From positions 4,278,001 to 4,342,000 of the forward strand of contig OZ210884.1 of assembly GCA_964658305.1 (NCBI GenBank): 64,000 nucleotides of DNA, given 5' to 3'. Source of the stretch: Leptogorgia sarmentosa. Taxonomy: Eukaryota. A program made the position numbers and the translations under genes. The notes beneath the pieces were generated by a model, which was not told where the DNA came from, did no database searches, and saw nothing but the letters and a program-made list of their open reading frames with translations. Below are positions 12,384 through 25,041 of this stretch, in pieces; the first letter of the stretch is position 1, and each line of letters begins with the position of its first letter.

Positions 12384-15300
12384 TTAATCTTCTTGATCGA
12401 AATCTATTGCACGAACCCACAAGTTAAGGGAATAGATCGAAGCTGGATTCTTATCATCAGCGTCATCGCCAAAATCCACATATTTTAGGCCGCCAAATTT
12501 AGCTTCATTTTCCTCTGTTATCCCGATACCATGATCTGCCCTGTCACAACTATCTCCTCCACCACCAATCATCATCACTGCACCATCTCCAGAACTCCAG
12601 TCACACCAAAACCCAATGAAGTCACTGCTCTGTAAATCGGCACTGCTGCAACTGTGCTGCTCAAAACCTTCCGTTGTCTGGTACCGACCGCCGTAACTGA
12701 CTGGACAACTTCCATGACACTCGTTGTTTCCCCAAACTGCTCCGTTACGAAAGTTTCCATAACTTGTTATTTTTGACCGGAATGTCGCACCTTTGTTGAT
12801 GAAAATTATTTTAAGTAACTAATATTTACAACAACCTAATTGAACAGCGCGTTAAGCAGAATCAAAATTTGGTGAATAAGACCTCATTCCATCAAGGAAA
12901 GAAGGGGGGGGGGGGGGTTGTTACTGGTGGCAAAGAGTGTTATCTTCCTGAGTTTCGTAGTTCTAAAGCTTACCGCGGGCAAGGACGTAGCTAAAGCGTT
13001 AAGTTAATTGGAAGGTGTATATTCATATATTCGTTTTCTTCCCGAAATATTTATATTGCAATTTATTTGAAAACAACTGTTTAATCCCAAATTAACACTC
13101 TAGTTATGTCCCTGCTTCTTTGTGCTATGAACTGAATGATTTTATAATACCTTGTAGACAATTTGAAGTGGTTTGTAGCAACGCGGTATGAGTGGGGTCG
13201 TCACTTCGTGTAATCCGGATTTCACTTCCATTTAATTCCCAGAAAGATGAAGAAATCATGTCCTCGTTTCCCAGTGGGTTGTCTACCTCCCCATAAGGAG
13301 TGACTCGGTCGTACCAAAACACACCGTCATCTATCCAGTGTTTAGAATCATTGTTTGAAAAGCGGGCGATAAGAGTCCATTCTTTGATCTCTGGCTTAGT
13401 AGGTTCAGGAGAGTACGTCTAAAAATGAACGAATGCGATGAAAAGGCCATTATAACAATAATAGTATATCGGGAACAGACTGTACGATGACAGGAAGTTT
13501 AAATGAATTTACAGCTCAGAAAAAAATAAATGTTGAGAAGTTCAATTAATGAAATTGCAACTCGGAGAAAAAAAATTTAAAAGCTTTGCTACATATAAAA
13601 AACTTATTATTTCAACTTTTACTATTTAAAAAGTAATCGATTGCATCTGTATTTTTTCTTTGTGTTTGGCCACAAATCCCGTTGGATGGTGGCCAGCTAC
13701 GCATGTGTTGTTGATGGTTAATCGTTGATTGGAGGGACGAACCTCACGAGGCGCTGCCATGGTGGAGTATAATGAGTTTTCTCCTGTGTAGAGCACAAAG
13801 TGGACTACTTACAGGTAAGGTGTCCAAATTTTGGTAGAACACCCACTCTCCATGCACGGTACTGTCTCTTTGTCTTTCCTGAGTTGTGTTACGGCTGGTT
13901 TGACAATTAATTTCACCTTTCTTCGACGTCGATCTGTAGTTGTAACCAACACAAAACTCTTCTTCAAGGCATTTCAGCGAACATTCAATCTGGGACCACA
14001 CGCGATGTGTGGATACAATTTCTCGTAACTTCAATGAACCACCTATATACATTTTTTTTCCAAAAAAATATGTACAGGATTATTTCTTAAAATATGTACA
14101 GGATTATTTTTTCGCTCGCAGGGATTATTGGCAATCGATATAACCGATTCTCATCTCAAGTGGTAAAGGTTTTGCTTTCTCGTTGAAAATAATGAAATAA
14201 TTTTATCGTATCAGCCGTCTTCAGTATTATTGGATTTTCTAATATTAGTCAATTCCTTTTATAGCCAGTGAATACGTTTATTTCAGTAATATTTTCCATC
14301 CCAGTTTCGAAATTGCCACGCCACTTGAGATTGTCTGTACTAATATGGACTAATAAGATAAGTTAGATTATTCAAATCAACCGTAGATCATTCCCTGGAT
14401 TAATATTAGATCAATTAATGCGTAATCCTAGCTGTCCTTCTAGTAATCATCCTTGCAAAAATAATGAAATCGAACTAGAAAGAATTTTTTCACATGCAAT
14501 GCTTGTCAAGATTCCATGCACGAAATAATTTTATACACGAAATAATTTTATACACGGAGTAAATTTATAATGTCAGGAAATTTTACTATATTCATGTTCA
14601 GAGACCTTAAAAAAAATCAATTTCAGAAGAAATCAATATTACAAAATATAATGAATATATATTAAATATAATTACCATGCATAGATTATACGAGTATCTC
14701 AGTATATGAAATATGTCCCGACCCGAAATATTGGTGTTCTCCTTCCTAAAATTACTTGATTACAGCTATAACTTTTGGGGGCGATATCAAATCCTGCTTA
14801 AAATTAACGTGCATTGGAGGACTTGACATAGTAACCGAATAATGCTAGCTAAATTAAATATTGCAACTCATAAATGCATGTAATGTTGATAAAATTAGCG
14901 AAGATTAAAAATACGTCTTATTAGTTGCATCACCCAGACAGTATAATCAGGCAACAGGTAATTGGGGGAAAAGTAAAAATGCATTCATAAAAACGTTTTT
15001 CTAAAATCTACTGCCAATAATGCGGAATAAATTTTTAAGACGAATGTTCTTTCCAATGTAGGCTGTAGCATTCATTCTTTCTAAAAGTTTAATTTGTACA
15101 CAATTACAACCCACCCAAATCCCCGTATTTGCCAGACAGCACGTTTGCAGGACTTGTCACTTGAATTCGAGGCAGTACATACAGCAACAAAAATACTTCA
15201 ACGATGGAAATTTATTCCCGACAACAATTTAATAACACCAAATTGCATCTTATTATTATAGCAAAGTTTTAAGACAGGTAATCTGTATATTAAGTAGAAG

Positions 15301-15627
15301 GGGAGAATAGTAGTAAAGATGTTCGTAAAAAAATTTCTCCGCGATAATCATACAGAACAATACATTTGTTACAATTATGGCATATTTATACAACACACAT
15401 TTAAAGGGAAGAATGCATGATCTCAAGGCTATACCTATCGATCGCCGCAAAATCATGCAGAGAATTACCAAAACAATCAACATACTTTCATTACGCATAA
15501 CATTACCGTGTTCGTTTGTTTTCTTGAAATATTTTTGGATGTCTAACGATGATTCTGCATGACTGAAATGTTTCGAGCTTGTAAGGAGGATTATTATAAT
15601 TTTAAATACGGTCTTTTTGGCTTCCAT
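12384..15627 (-). CDS. Paralog A: secreted PAN/apple + fibrinogen/intelectin-like domain protein (~341 aa)
   Basis: Exons 15627-15507 (signal), 14042-13813 (PAN: ECSLKC..EEFCVGYNY..INCQ), 13418-13151 (WTLIARFS...DMISSSFW...NCLQG) and 12790-12384 (TFRSKITSYGNFR...GFWCDW...GDGAVMMIGGGG...ADHGIGITE...YSLNLWVRAIDFDQED*). Intron phases are 1,0,1 and the frame is intact. Confidence 0.85.
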
Positions 15628-16499
15628 TCTTGCGCATCGAAAGATCACATCAGACAAGTACATACATGCAAAATTCATCCATAAAAATTTTAATTGTAAA
15701 GACAATTTAACTGTGCGCAGGTGTGCTTGCATTCCAAATGTATGAGATATTATTATTTTATTGGAATTGACGGCGTCGTATTGTTATGCAATATATAAAA
15801 TCATTATGCCGTATGGGAATAAATGAAACCGTGCCTGCAAATAATTCTAGTGTAACTAAATATCTCATCTTCAATCGCGCACTGAAAACCCATTGCCGCT
15901 GAAAACCACGCACGGAAAACCATACCCACGCCCCCACAATAACCAGCCCCTCCTCCGCACAGTGGTCTCTTACACAAACTCCAATATCCTATATATTAAA
16001 TTTTGGCAATTGAAACAACAGGCGGCAATCTTAATCTAAATATGAATATTAATGCCCAGCAATCGATTTTTAATGCATACATAGTAAAACCATTCAGTTT
16101 TAGCTATATAAAATTTATTGCTAACGTTTCATTGCTACATTGCAACATCATCAGAGCTCATAAATTTTCGATAGGTTTTCCTGCGAAATATTGCCAACTG
16201 TGTGTTTGCTAAAACTAATAATATAACACTGCTGCCTTCGTTTCTAAGGCCTACCCTGGGCTCCAAACTTGCGCAAGTTCAAACTTGCTGGTAAAGGCGA
16301 GTTAAGGGAAATTCATGCTCTGTAAGTGGTGCGAGTTTTGGTTAGTTTAGGCGAGATTTTTTATAAAATTTTTAATGTCGTGGCGAGTACAAGGCGAGTG
16401 AAACAAACAAAATCCCGATTTTAACATGCTATGAGTTTTTGTCAGCTTATGCTAATTTAGACCCCAGCCTTAGGCCTTACCTAACATAAATTAATAATA

Positions 16500-19400
16500 T
16501 TAGCGAACCCACAAGTTAAGTGAGTATGTTGAAACAGGAGCAGCAGTTTCCCCCACTTCAGCGTTACGACCAAAATCATAACTTGGGACAAAACCAAACT
16601 TTGCTTCATTATCTTCTGTAATCCCAATGCCATGATCTGCTCTGCCACAAGTACTCCCTCCACCACCAATCATCATCACTGCACCATCTCCAGAACCCCA
16701 GTCACACCAAAACCCGATGAAGCTACTGTTCTGTATGTCACTGCTGCAGCTGTGCTGCTCAAAACCTTCTGTGGTCTGGTACTGACCGCCGTAACTGACT
16801 GGACAACTTCCACGACACTCGTTGTTTCCCCAAACTGCTCGGTTACGAAAGTTTCCATAACTTGTTATTTTTGACCTGAATGTCATACCTTAATAAATAA
16901 AATTCAAAATAATGTACACCTGCATCACTGTGTGATGGGAGGAATGATTATAGTTAAGAAATTTATTCCGAAAGCAAAGTTTCGATTGTATTTCGATTGT
17001 ATTCGATTGATTTACAGAGAGCACGACGGGACGTCGAAGACAGACGTGCTCTGCCAAAAACATTGTTATATGGATATGCCCCAACATTTCACGCCATTTT
17101 CTCGTCGTTCTTGACGTCGCGTCGTATTTTCTAAATAGGGAGCTTGGGGAGCCTTTGATCGACTTTTTTATGCTTCCGTCAAATTTGAAGGATGAGGAAG
17201 TACTGGGGTTCTATAACATTTAGTCACAGTACTATGAGTTCTATAACATTTTTATTGCTGCCATTAATATCTATTTTTATATGCTTATGAAGCATATATC
17301 AAGAATGAAATTTCGAAATTTATGGCATATCATGAAAAATCAAATATTTCTGGTTGCAGGTTTTCAAAGATTTATTGAATGAGTTTTATAACCGCCGCGG
17401 TCGCTGTATACAGCTTTCCACCTGGCAATGTCGAGATGCGTCGTCTGTCATTCTGCATTTCAGCTCAGCTCTTGGCCGAGATCATGCACAATTTAAACAC
17501 ATCTGCACGCCATTTATTTGTTTTCTCCTTAATTCACTTTTTTCTGAACCTCCCACAAGATTTGGCGGCATCAAGAAATTGAAATGCTTGTGGAGAAGAT
17601 ATTTCTTTTAACAATAGGCCGATAGGTAAGTTACTCTCTAAATTCAAACGAGTGATAATTCAATCTATTTATCCCTAAAAACAATCTCTTTGCCATTGTA
17701 CGTACGGATCAAAATTTTCTGTTAAAAATCGAATCAACCCTATGGGCGATTTAAAGAAAAATCAATCTTAAGGAGTTACTTTTCAATGAAATTTCAATCG
17801 ATTTTCGATTTAAAAGATTAGTAAAGAAGGTTATTTTTGGCCTGCTATTGCCGGACACGCGAAGTTTCAGCAATATGATTGGCTTAGAAGTTTAAATCTT
17901 TACAAAGATTGAAATGATTCTCAGTCGTCTTTATCGACTGACGTACTTTCAATCGAATTGCACACTGAAACAGTATTGTCAATCTAAATTCAATCTTTTT
18001 GAATTAAGAGAGATGATGCGGAACCTCATACAACTTTGATCATGATACTCCTATTTTCTATGTCTATGTATGCCATAATGTCAATAAAGCCTTTGTTGAA
18101 TACAACCCACAAAAAGCTACGTATAGCTAGTTCCAATCTACCTTGAAGACAGTTGGAAGTTGTTTGTAGCAATGCTGTATTACTGGCATCATCACTTCGT
18201 GTAATCTTGATTTCACTTCCCTTCTTTTCCCAGAAAGTTGGAGAAATCATGTCCATATTGTCATGGGGATTGCCTACGTCCCCATACTGAGCAGTTCTGT
18301 CATACCAAAATGAAGCATCGGCGATCCAGTGATTAGAATCACTGTTCGAAAAACGGGCAATTAAAGTCCACACGTTGTCTTCCTCAACATCCGAAGATAC
18401 AACGGAGAATTTCTAGGAATGCAAAACATTGAAGCCCATGCTGACCAAATTCACAGAATACAAATTTTAAATTATAATAATTTATATACTTAGATACTTT
18501 TTTATCATTTCTAAATATTGCTGTATTTCCTATATAAAACATTAAGCATTCATGGATGAAAAGTTGTAAAATAACATGCAGGTGTATGCTTAAATAACAG
18601 GCGCATGCTCTTGTTTTGCTTTGAATCGCAATAGCTTTCCGGTTTTCCGAAATATATCCCATCATGATCATGCAGGTTTCCAGTTTTTTGCTAATTGCAG
18701 TAAAAGCCGTCTAAAATGCTATTGTATGGCATCTAGTTTTTCGGCATTGTTTTTAAACATTTAAACATTGATTTAACTAACATTTCTTGCTAATTTATAA
18801 ACTAGTATCCCACCAAAATTTTTGAACTATTTTATATACTCACAGGTAAAGTTTCCAGATCTTGGTAGAACACCCAAGGTCCATATAAAATATTTGATCT
18901 TTCAAGAGTCGTGTTTGCACTGATTTGGCAGTTAATGTCGTCTATTTTCGACCTACTTCTGTAGTTGTAACCAGCGCAGGATTGCTCTTTAAGACATTTC
19001 AAAGAACATTCTATTCGAGCTTCTACGCTGTGGTTGGATATAATATCCTCTACTTCCAACGACTCACCTATACAATTTTGACAAAGAGCAGTATTGAAGG
19101 TATGCAATTTGAAATGCAAAAGACAACTGGCGCTAAAGACTCTAAACATGTTTTGGGTATTCTAAAAAAGAAATACTCTCATCATTCATTTTTTTTCGAA
19201 AAAGTATTGTGGGAATTTCACTGTATAATTTCAAAAACATTATGCTGTATCAGCAATAATGGAAACTGTCCAAAAGGTTTAAAGACATCCTGATAAATGA
19301 AATATGTCCAAAGAAAGTCTGCTTAAACTATCCGGTAGGATTAATTTTCCCTCACAAGATTGATGTATGACACCCAGTGGCGAAGCCAGCCCGACTTTTG

Positions 19401-20693
19401 GTCATGCAAATGCAAATTTTCTGTGTTTGTAGACCGTATTAGGAATCAATTTCTAAAGAAATGAATAGCATAATGATTTAAAATTGCATTTGCATGACCA
19501 AAAGTCGGACTGGCTTCGCCACTGATGACACCAAACGTAATCATTATCGATTTCAACATATGCAAGTGCTGAGCGGGTTCAAATTACGCAAATATAGTTT
19601 CTTTTCAAATTGACAGCTGAAACACAAGAAGCTTTTAAGGACAAATTGCTCTTAGCTAGCCATGCAGTATAGTAAATTGCTTTTGCCTTTTGGCTAAACA
19701 ATATTAAATTGCACTTGGCTAAACAATATTTTAATTTTTTTTTTCGTTTGTCATCAATTCTCATGCAGCAGCGAAATACTTTAGCTATACGCTTCTTTTC
19801 TGGCTCAAAATTTCAAAATTTCTGGTTAAAAGTCGCTAAAATCTTCTTCAAAATTAAGAATTGAGTCATATATAATTTATATAAGATGAACTCTCGCTGT
19901 GTGTCAGTACGCTGATGTGCGCTACTGTTAAGGCCATCTCCCATTACGATCGCTTCACTCATCTGGGGAACAAAATTGATATGTTTCAACTTTTACTACA
20001 TCTGTCCAATCTCTTAGCGTCTGCTTTTGCGCGCGCAAATGACAAGCTTATAGGTTGAGCTACATTCAAATTTCTTGACCTGGCCGGGAAACTGATTTTT
20101 CGGAAGATTAAAATCGTTACAGACTTTTAAGCATCGCATTCAAATGCGAAACGTCAAACGCGAAGCAAACTTGTTAGTTGTTTTAAAACTTCAATGTGTT
20201 AAATTAATTTTTGAGTAGAGGAGGAAGAAAATTTGAAACGAAGTGGTAAAACTAATATTCTGCAGTGAGAGTTTGACCCTGCCGTTCGCCGTTTACGCCA
20301 AACGCGAAGGTTGAACTCTCTATTCCCTTTGCCCGCGCCAGCAAAGCGGTTGCAATGGAAAACGGCTTTTATAGTGTGATGAAAACTGCACAGATGCATG
20401 CACACTATTGAAACTGATTCCAAACATAATACGTTTTTATGTATGACATGAATATTGTATAAAAGGGTTTTCCATTGCAGCAATTGCAGCATGTACTGAA
20501 ACTAAATTGTTTAATGTCGTAAATTTCGACGCTTAAAACCATAAGCTTTATTATTAAAGTTGAATTTTTTACCATATTCTCTCATTTTCTTGAAATACTT
20601 TTGACTTTGTGAAGACATTTCTGCCATACCGTAGTGTCGCTGTAGTAAGATCAAAAAGATGATAATATTCAGCGTCTTTTCAATTCTCTCCAT
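16500..20693 (-). CDS. Paralog B: secreted PAN/apple + fibrinogen/intelectin-like domain protein (~334 aa)
   Basis: Exons 20693-20573, 19067-18844, 18412-18142 and 16888-16500. Same exon phases and motifs as paralog A; ends YSLNLWVR*. Confidence 0.85.
19375..19524. mobile_element. hAT-type MITE with 8-bp target-site duplication (TSD)
   Basis: Terminal inverted repeats (TIRs) CAGTGGCGAAGCCAG...CTGGCTTCGCCACTG, flanked by a perfect direct repeat ATGACACC (19367-19374 and 19525-19532). Confidence 0.9.
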
Positions 20694-21730
20694 TGTTTCC
20701 CCCAACGAATCGAAAGATGTTCCCTGGAGCTGATTATCCTGTGTATGCTGAGGTAATATCATATGCCTATGAATTTATATTTACGATAATGAGACAATTG
20801 CAATTCGACTCTATTTATATTTGAATATGCTTTATTTTAAATTATATTCATATAACAGCATGAGAAACTTCCCGTTGATTGTCATGTTAAAGAATTGACG
20901 GAACACATAGATGATTAGGAAAAGACTAAAAAATGACTTTTTACACAAAATGACGTTTGATTTCAGACCAAATTGCTCTCCACTAAGTGCAAAAAATATT
21001 TTAAACCACTAATAGACAGAAAAAATTGTTTTATACCTGTATTTTGCTTTTTCTCAACAGGGAATGTATTAAATACTCCGTTGATTAAAGAAAGTTCAAA
21101 TATAACTAAATAAGTACGAATGTGGGGCACTAATAAAAATAAATTTAAATCGATACGGAATGAAATAATACAAACCGGGCTGATAAAACATTGTTAGACA
21201 ATAAAATCAACTGTTGCCTTGGCAACTTAAGTATACTACTATACATACGTCAATATAATGCATGTGCAAAATTTTACACTTTAAAGCACCGTTATATATA
21301 GCTACCAGGGGCCGCTTGTATAAAACTGTTAACGACGTTTTAACTATACCGTTTTGTAGTGGAATTACGTGCATTTCTGAAGATCCTTGGGAATAGGTTG
21401 TTCTGATTGGTCGATTTTCGCACTTAAACTTAACAATAGATAAAACTTTAACGACGTTTTTATGCATGCAAACTCCTTTATTAATTAATTTTACGAACAT
21501 GCGCATGTCAATTTCCTTTCTATAGTAGACAAAAATATATAAATGATTAAGATACATGAATACATAATAGCTTAGTCCGTGGTTGAGTATCGTGGCTGAT
21601 CGAGTACTTCAACCACGGAGTATTAAAAATTTTTATTAACATTAAAAAATACTATATTTACAATGGCTGATTTGTTAAGTGTAAAGTTTTAGTAACTAAA
21701 AATTTTTTAAAAATTTAGGACTATAGTGTC

Positions 21731-22258
21731 CTAAACGACTCCAGCAGTCTTGGCGTTTAGTCCAAAATCGTCAACAACTTCAACTTCTTTTTTATAGAAA
21801 GGTGATCTAGTCCCTCTGACGCTCGCGTGCATACATCTTAAGATTTCAAAGGAAATTCTGGTTCTCAACCATGCCATGACAATTGAATATAGCTCGTTAT
21901 CTTTTTCCGACAGTTTCTGAGCCAGCTGTTTAAGAAAAATTTGGCATTCAATCCCCATTCCTCCATTTGTCCCGAAAACAAGGGGTGTAAAAGAGCCCAT
22001 TTCAACTTCTAAAACTCTCTGTTGGTACTTTCTCTTCTTTTCGTTCTCGTGTTCTTTGAAGATCGCTTGAGTTGGTCGTCCTTGGTTAGATTTTGAATTT
22101 ACGTGCGTCACTCTTACGTCAAAAAATGCCGTAGCTCCACGTAACCAAAAACCATCCGCCTTCATGTCTAATCTCGCTTCAGGATTTGTAGTGGTCGATC
22201 TCAGATGGAATCTTTCGTTGTCGAGGGGTTGGAGATGTGGTTCTGTTTCCACGTTCTG
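21731..22258 (-). mobile_element. 5'-truncated non-LTR retrotransposon, CRE-like; restriction-like endonuclease (RLE) C-terminus
   Basis: ORF VETEPHLQPL...EARLDMKADGFW...AFFDVRVTH...HENEKKRKY...GSFTPLVFGTNGGMG...WLRTRISF matches the RxD..D..EK..KY..FxPL pattern of RLE domains. No RT domain lies upstream. Confidence 0.8.
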
Positions 22259-22535
22259 CAGCCACGGACTTCAACCACGATGTTCAACCACGGACTTCTA
22301 CACGATACTCAGCCACGATACTTCAACCACGACACTGAGTATGGTGTCTGAGTATCGTGGTTGAGTATCGTGGCTGAGTATCGTGTAGAAGTCCGTGGTT
22401 GAGTATCGTGGTTGAAGTCCGTGGTTGAGTATCGTGGTTGAAGTCCGTGGTTGAAGTACTTCAACCACGATACTCAACCACGGTACACGATACTCAGCCA
22501 CGATACTCAACCACGATACTCAGAGTATCGTGGTT
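22258..22535. repeat. ~15-bp minisatellite (GAGTATCGTGGTTGA / GAAGTCCGTGGTTGA) in blocks of alternating orientation; short copy also at 21576-21619
   Basis: Blocks of TCAACCACGATAC alternate with GTATCGTGGTTGA. Inversion centres lie near 22345, 22458 (TGAAGTACTTCA) and 22522. Confidence 0.9.
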
Positions 22536-24117
22536 AAAGTCCGCTAATAGGACTGAGATCTTTTTTTGCATCTGTGTCGAAGTGCATTATGAAATATTTC
22601 TGTCCTGGCGGCTTGATACATTTAAAACAAACGGGCAAAATTGTGAGGCATACATTTGGGAAGGTGGACCGACCTTTCAGCGCATAATGCAAAAGTTTAT
22701 TATGACTGCATTGTGACTGCAACCAAACTTCACGTGTACGAATTTTTGCTTTTTACGACTGTCTGTTGTATTTTTGAGACCAGTGATGACCACCTTCAAA
22801 CTTTAACGATAGTTAAAAATGGCGGAACGTCGGCCGGAGTGTGACTGGAAGCCTATAATATTCAAACATTTTGCCTTCTCTTCATGCACTATGGGGTATT
22901 TACAAATCATATACTTGATAGTTTAGCTTGATCGTTTGAACTGTCTGGGATTTCTTGCAATCCTGGAAAGTGCATTGATTTGACACATGTGTCGCTTGTT
23001 TTCACATTTCGCTCGTTAGCCATAATTATTTTTTTTTTTTAAACTGGTTGCGTAATTGATTCCTATGGGCCACGTATAACACGTAGTTGATTGGAATTGG
23101 TACACTAGCTGATAGCATTAGTTTTTAAAAAAATATGCGATCACAACTCCTGTAGCTGATGTTCGCATAGCTTAGAAACAATCTAGATTGCACCTATAAT
23201 AGTCTGATTTGGCCCATGTAATTAAAACCCCAAGATTACCGTCATGCACAAAGAGAACTTTAAATATACCATAAATAATTATATAGTTTAATTACTGTAA
23301 TCATAGACAATATCCCTATAAATAAAATTCGACAAATAATTAATGTAATTATTTTTGTATAATATTTCTGTTTTGGCAATACCGAACTTCCTTCCCGGTC
23401 CCCTTCCTCCATTCCCCCAACAATGTTGGCTATACATTGTTCCGCGGTATACCGCGGTATACAACAGTGATTCAAAATCCAACATGCATCGATTTGGAGA
23501 TTGGGATGTTAAAACATAGTAGAATCAGTCATTTTAATATAATTTTGCCACAATTGTACCTAATTGTAATGAGTTTAATATTTATATTTTTTCTCCACCT
23601 TGAAGGCAACATTATACGATACAGCTGATGAAATACATTTTGTTAGGAAATATAGCTATAGTCAACTTGTTGAGACAACTTTTATTAGGATGACATGAAT
23701 GTATAGGCATGAATGTATGACATATTCTGCACTTTTTAAACCACTGTTTTAATAATTAAAATGCATAGCTAATACATAATTATTATCCCTAAACTGGAGT
23801 GTAATTAAAATTATCTGAACTTCAAAAGCGGCTTCTCTTCTTTAGGAAAATAATATTAAAACTTGTCGGCACAAATATTGAAATAACCCTTGCTTAATTT
23901 TTTTACTGGACTAAGTGCTGCGGTAATGAATTTAATAACGACAGTTTTACATTCTGCACCAGTCTTATTTCGCTTAGATTTTAGTCCAATCCATGAGAAT
24001 AATATTATTTCTACTTGCACGTGCCGTATATGATATTATCTCGTCATCAAAAATGTGAAGGATCGCATGTCAAATTACGTATATATCCCTATTTTCATTT
24101 ATTGATCACTTTCCAAC

Positions 24118-24333
24118 TTATTCCGAACACGTTCGTGAAATTAGCTTTATACAGATCTGTATACCTATTTAAATGTACAAACGAAAGTTCAAAATTACTG
24201 ATCGACTGTTAGCATTTCTTTCAAATTATTCCGAACACGTTCGTGAAATTAGCTGTATACAGATCTGTATACCTATTTAAATGTACAAAAGAAAGTTCTA
24301 AATTACTGATCGACTGTTAGCATTTCTTTCAAA
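24118..24333. repeat. Tandem duplication of a 108-bp unit (2 copies)
   Basis: TTATTCCGAACACGTTCGTGAAATTAGC...GCATTTCTTTCAAA is repeated at 24118 and 24226 with a few substitutions. Confidence 0.9.
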
Positions 24334-25041
24334 TTAAAATTTCTAAAATTGTCAATCTATTTGGATTAACCCAAATTAAAGTTCACTGGGGCCTATCCAC
24401 AGGAGCGTAGCTAGAGAGCTAATTGGAGGAGGGGGTGTATTCATATATTCGTGTTCTGCAGCATGCATGCATTTCTTTCGAAATCAGTTGTATTTGAATG
24501 GATTTGAAAAGAAATTTGTGGGACAGAACATCAATAGGTGAAAATACCCCCCCCCCCCCCCCATCAAATTAAATCTCGATAGTTACGGCTTGCCTAGGTA
24601 TTCCTGAGTGCCTTTTTAGTTTGTTTTATAAATTAGTTTAATAAGTATGAGTTCAACTGTGTTTGCATAGCTCATGCAGTAGCGTTTGGGGCACTTTAGC
24701 AACGATATATAGGCCTGTTCATCTCTCACATACAACGATATTCAAACATACTATAGTTTGTCAATTGTTAAAAGATACATTTGCCTTCGCGAAACTGAGA
24801 AGAGGGCTTTTTTGAACACATGCGGTTTGTGCAATTAGAAACGAAATGAAATGAAATAAATTATGTATTATGCATGTATATGGCTTGATAAATTATAATT
24901 GTAGCGCATAGCAATTATAAAAAGGCCGTCAACACAAGAACAACGGCTCCATTTGTTTTAACTTTCAATTGCTGCACTTCGCGTGCATTTTTTATACAAC
25001 TATACATATTATCTACTCATGTGATCTTTCAGTGGAGAGAG

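Noticed and set aside
22258..22535. CRISPR array or coding ORFs (22164, 22298, 22438)
   Set aside because: No spacers; the ORFs are translations of the minisatellite.
22534..22844. ORFs adjoining the retroelement
   Set aside because: Not recognisable as an RT or zinc-knuckle continuation; contains stops.
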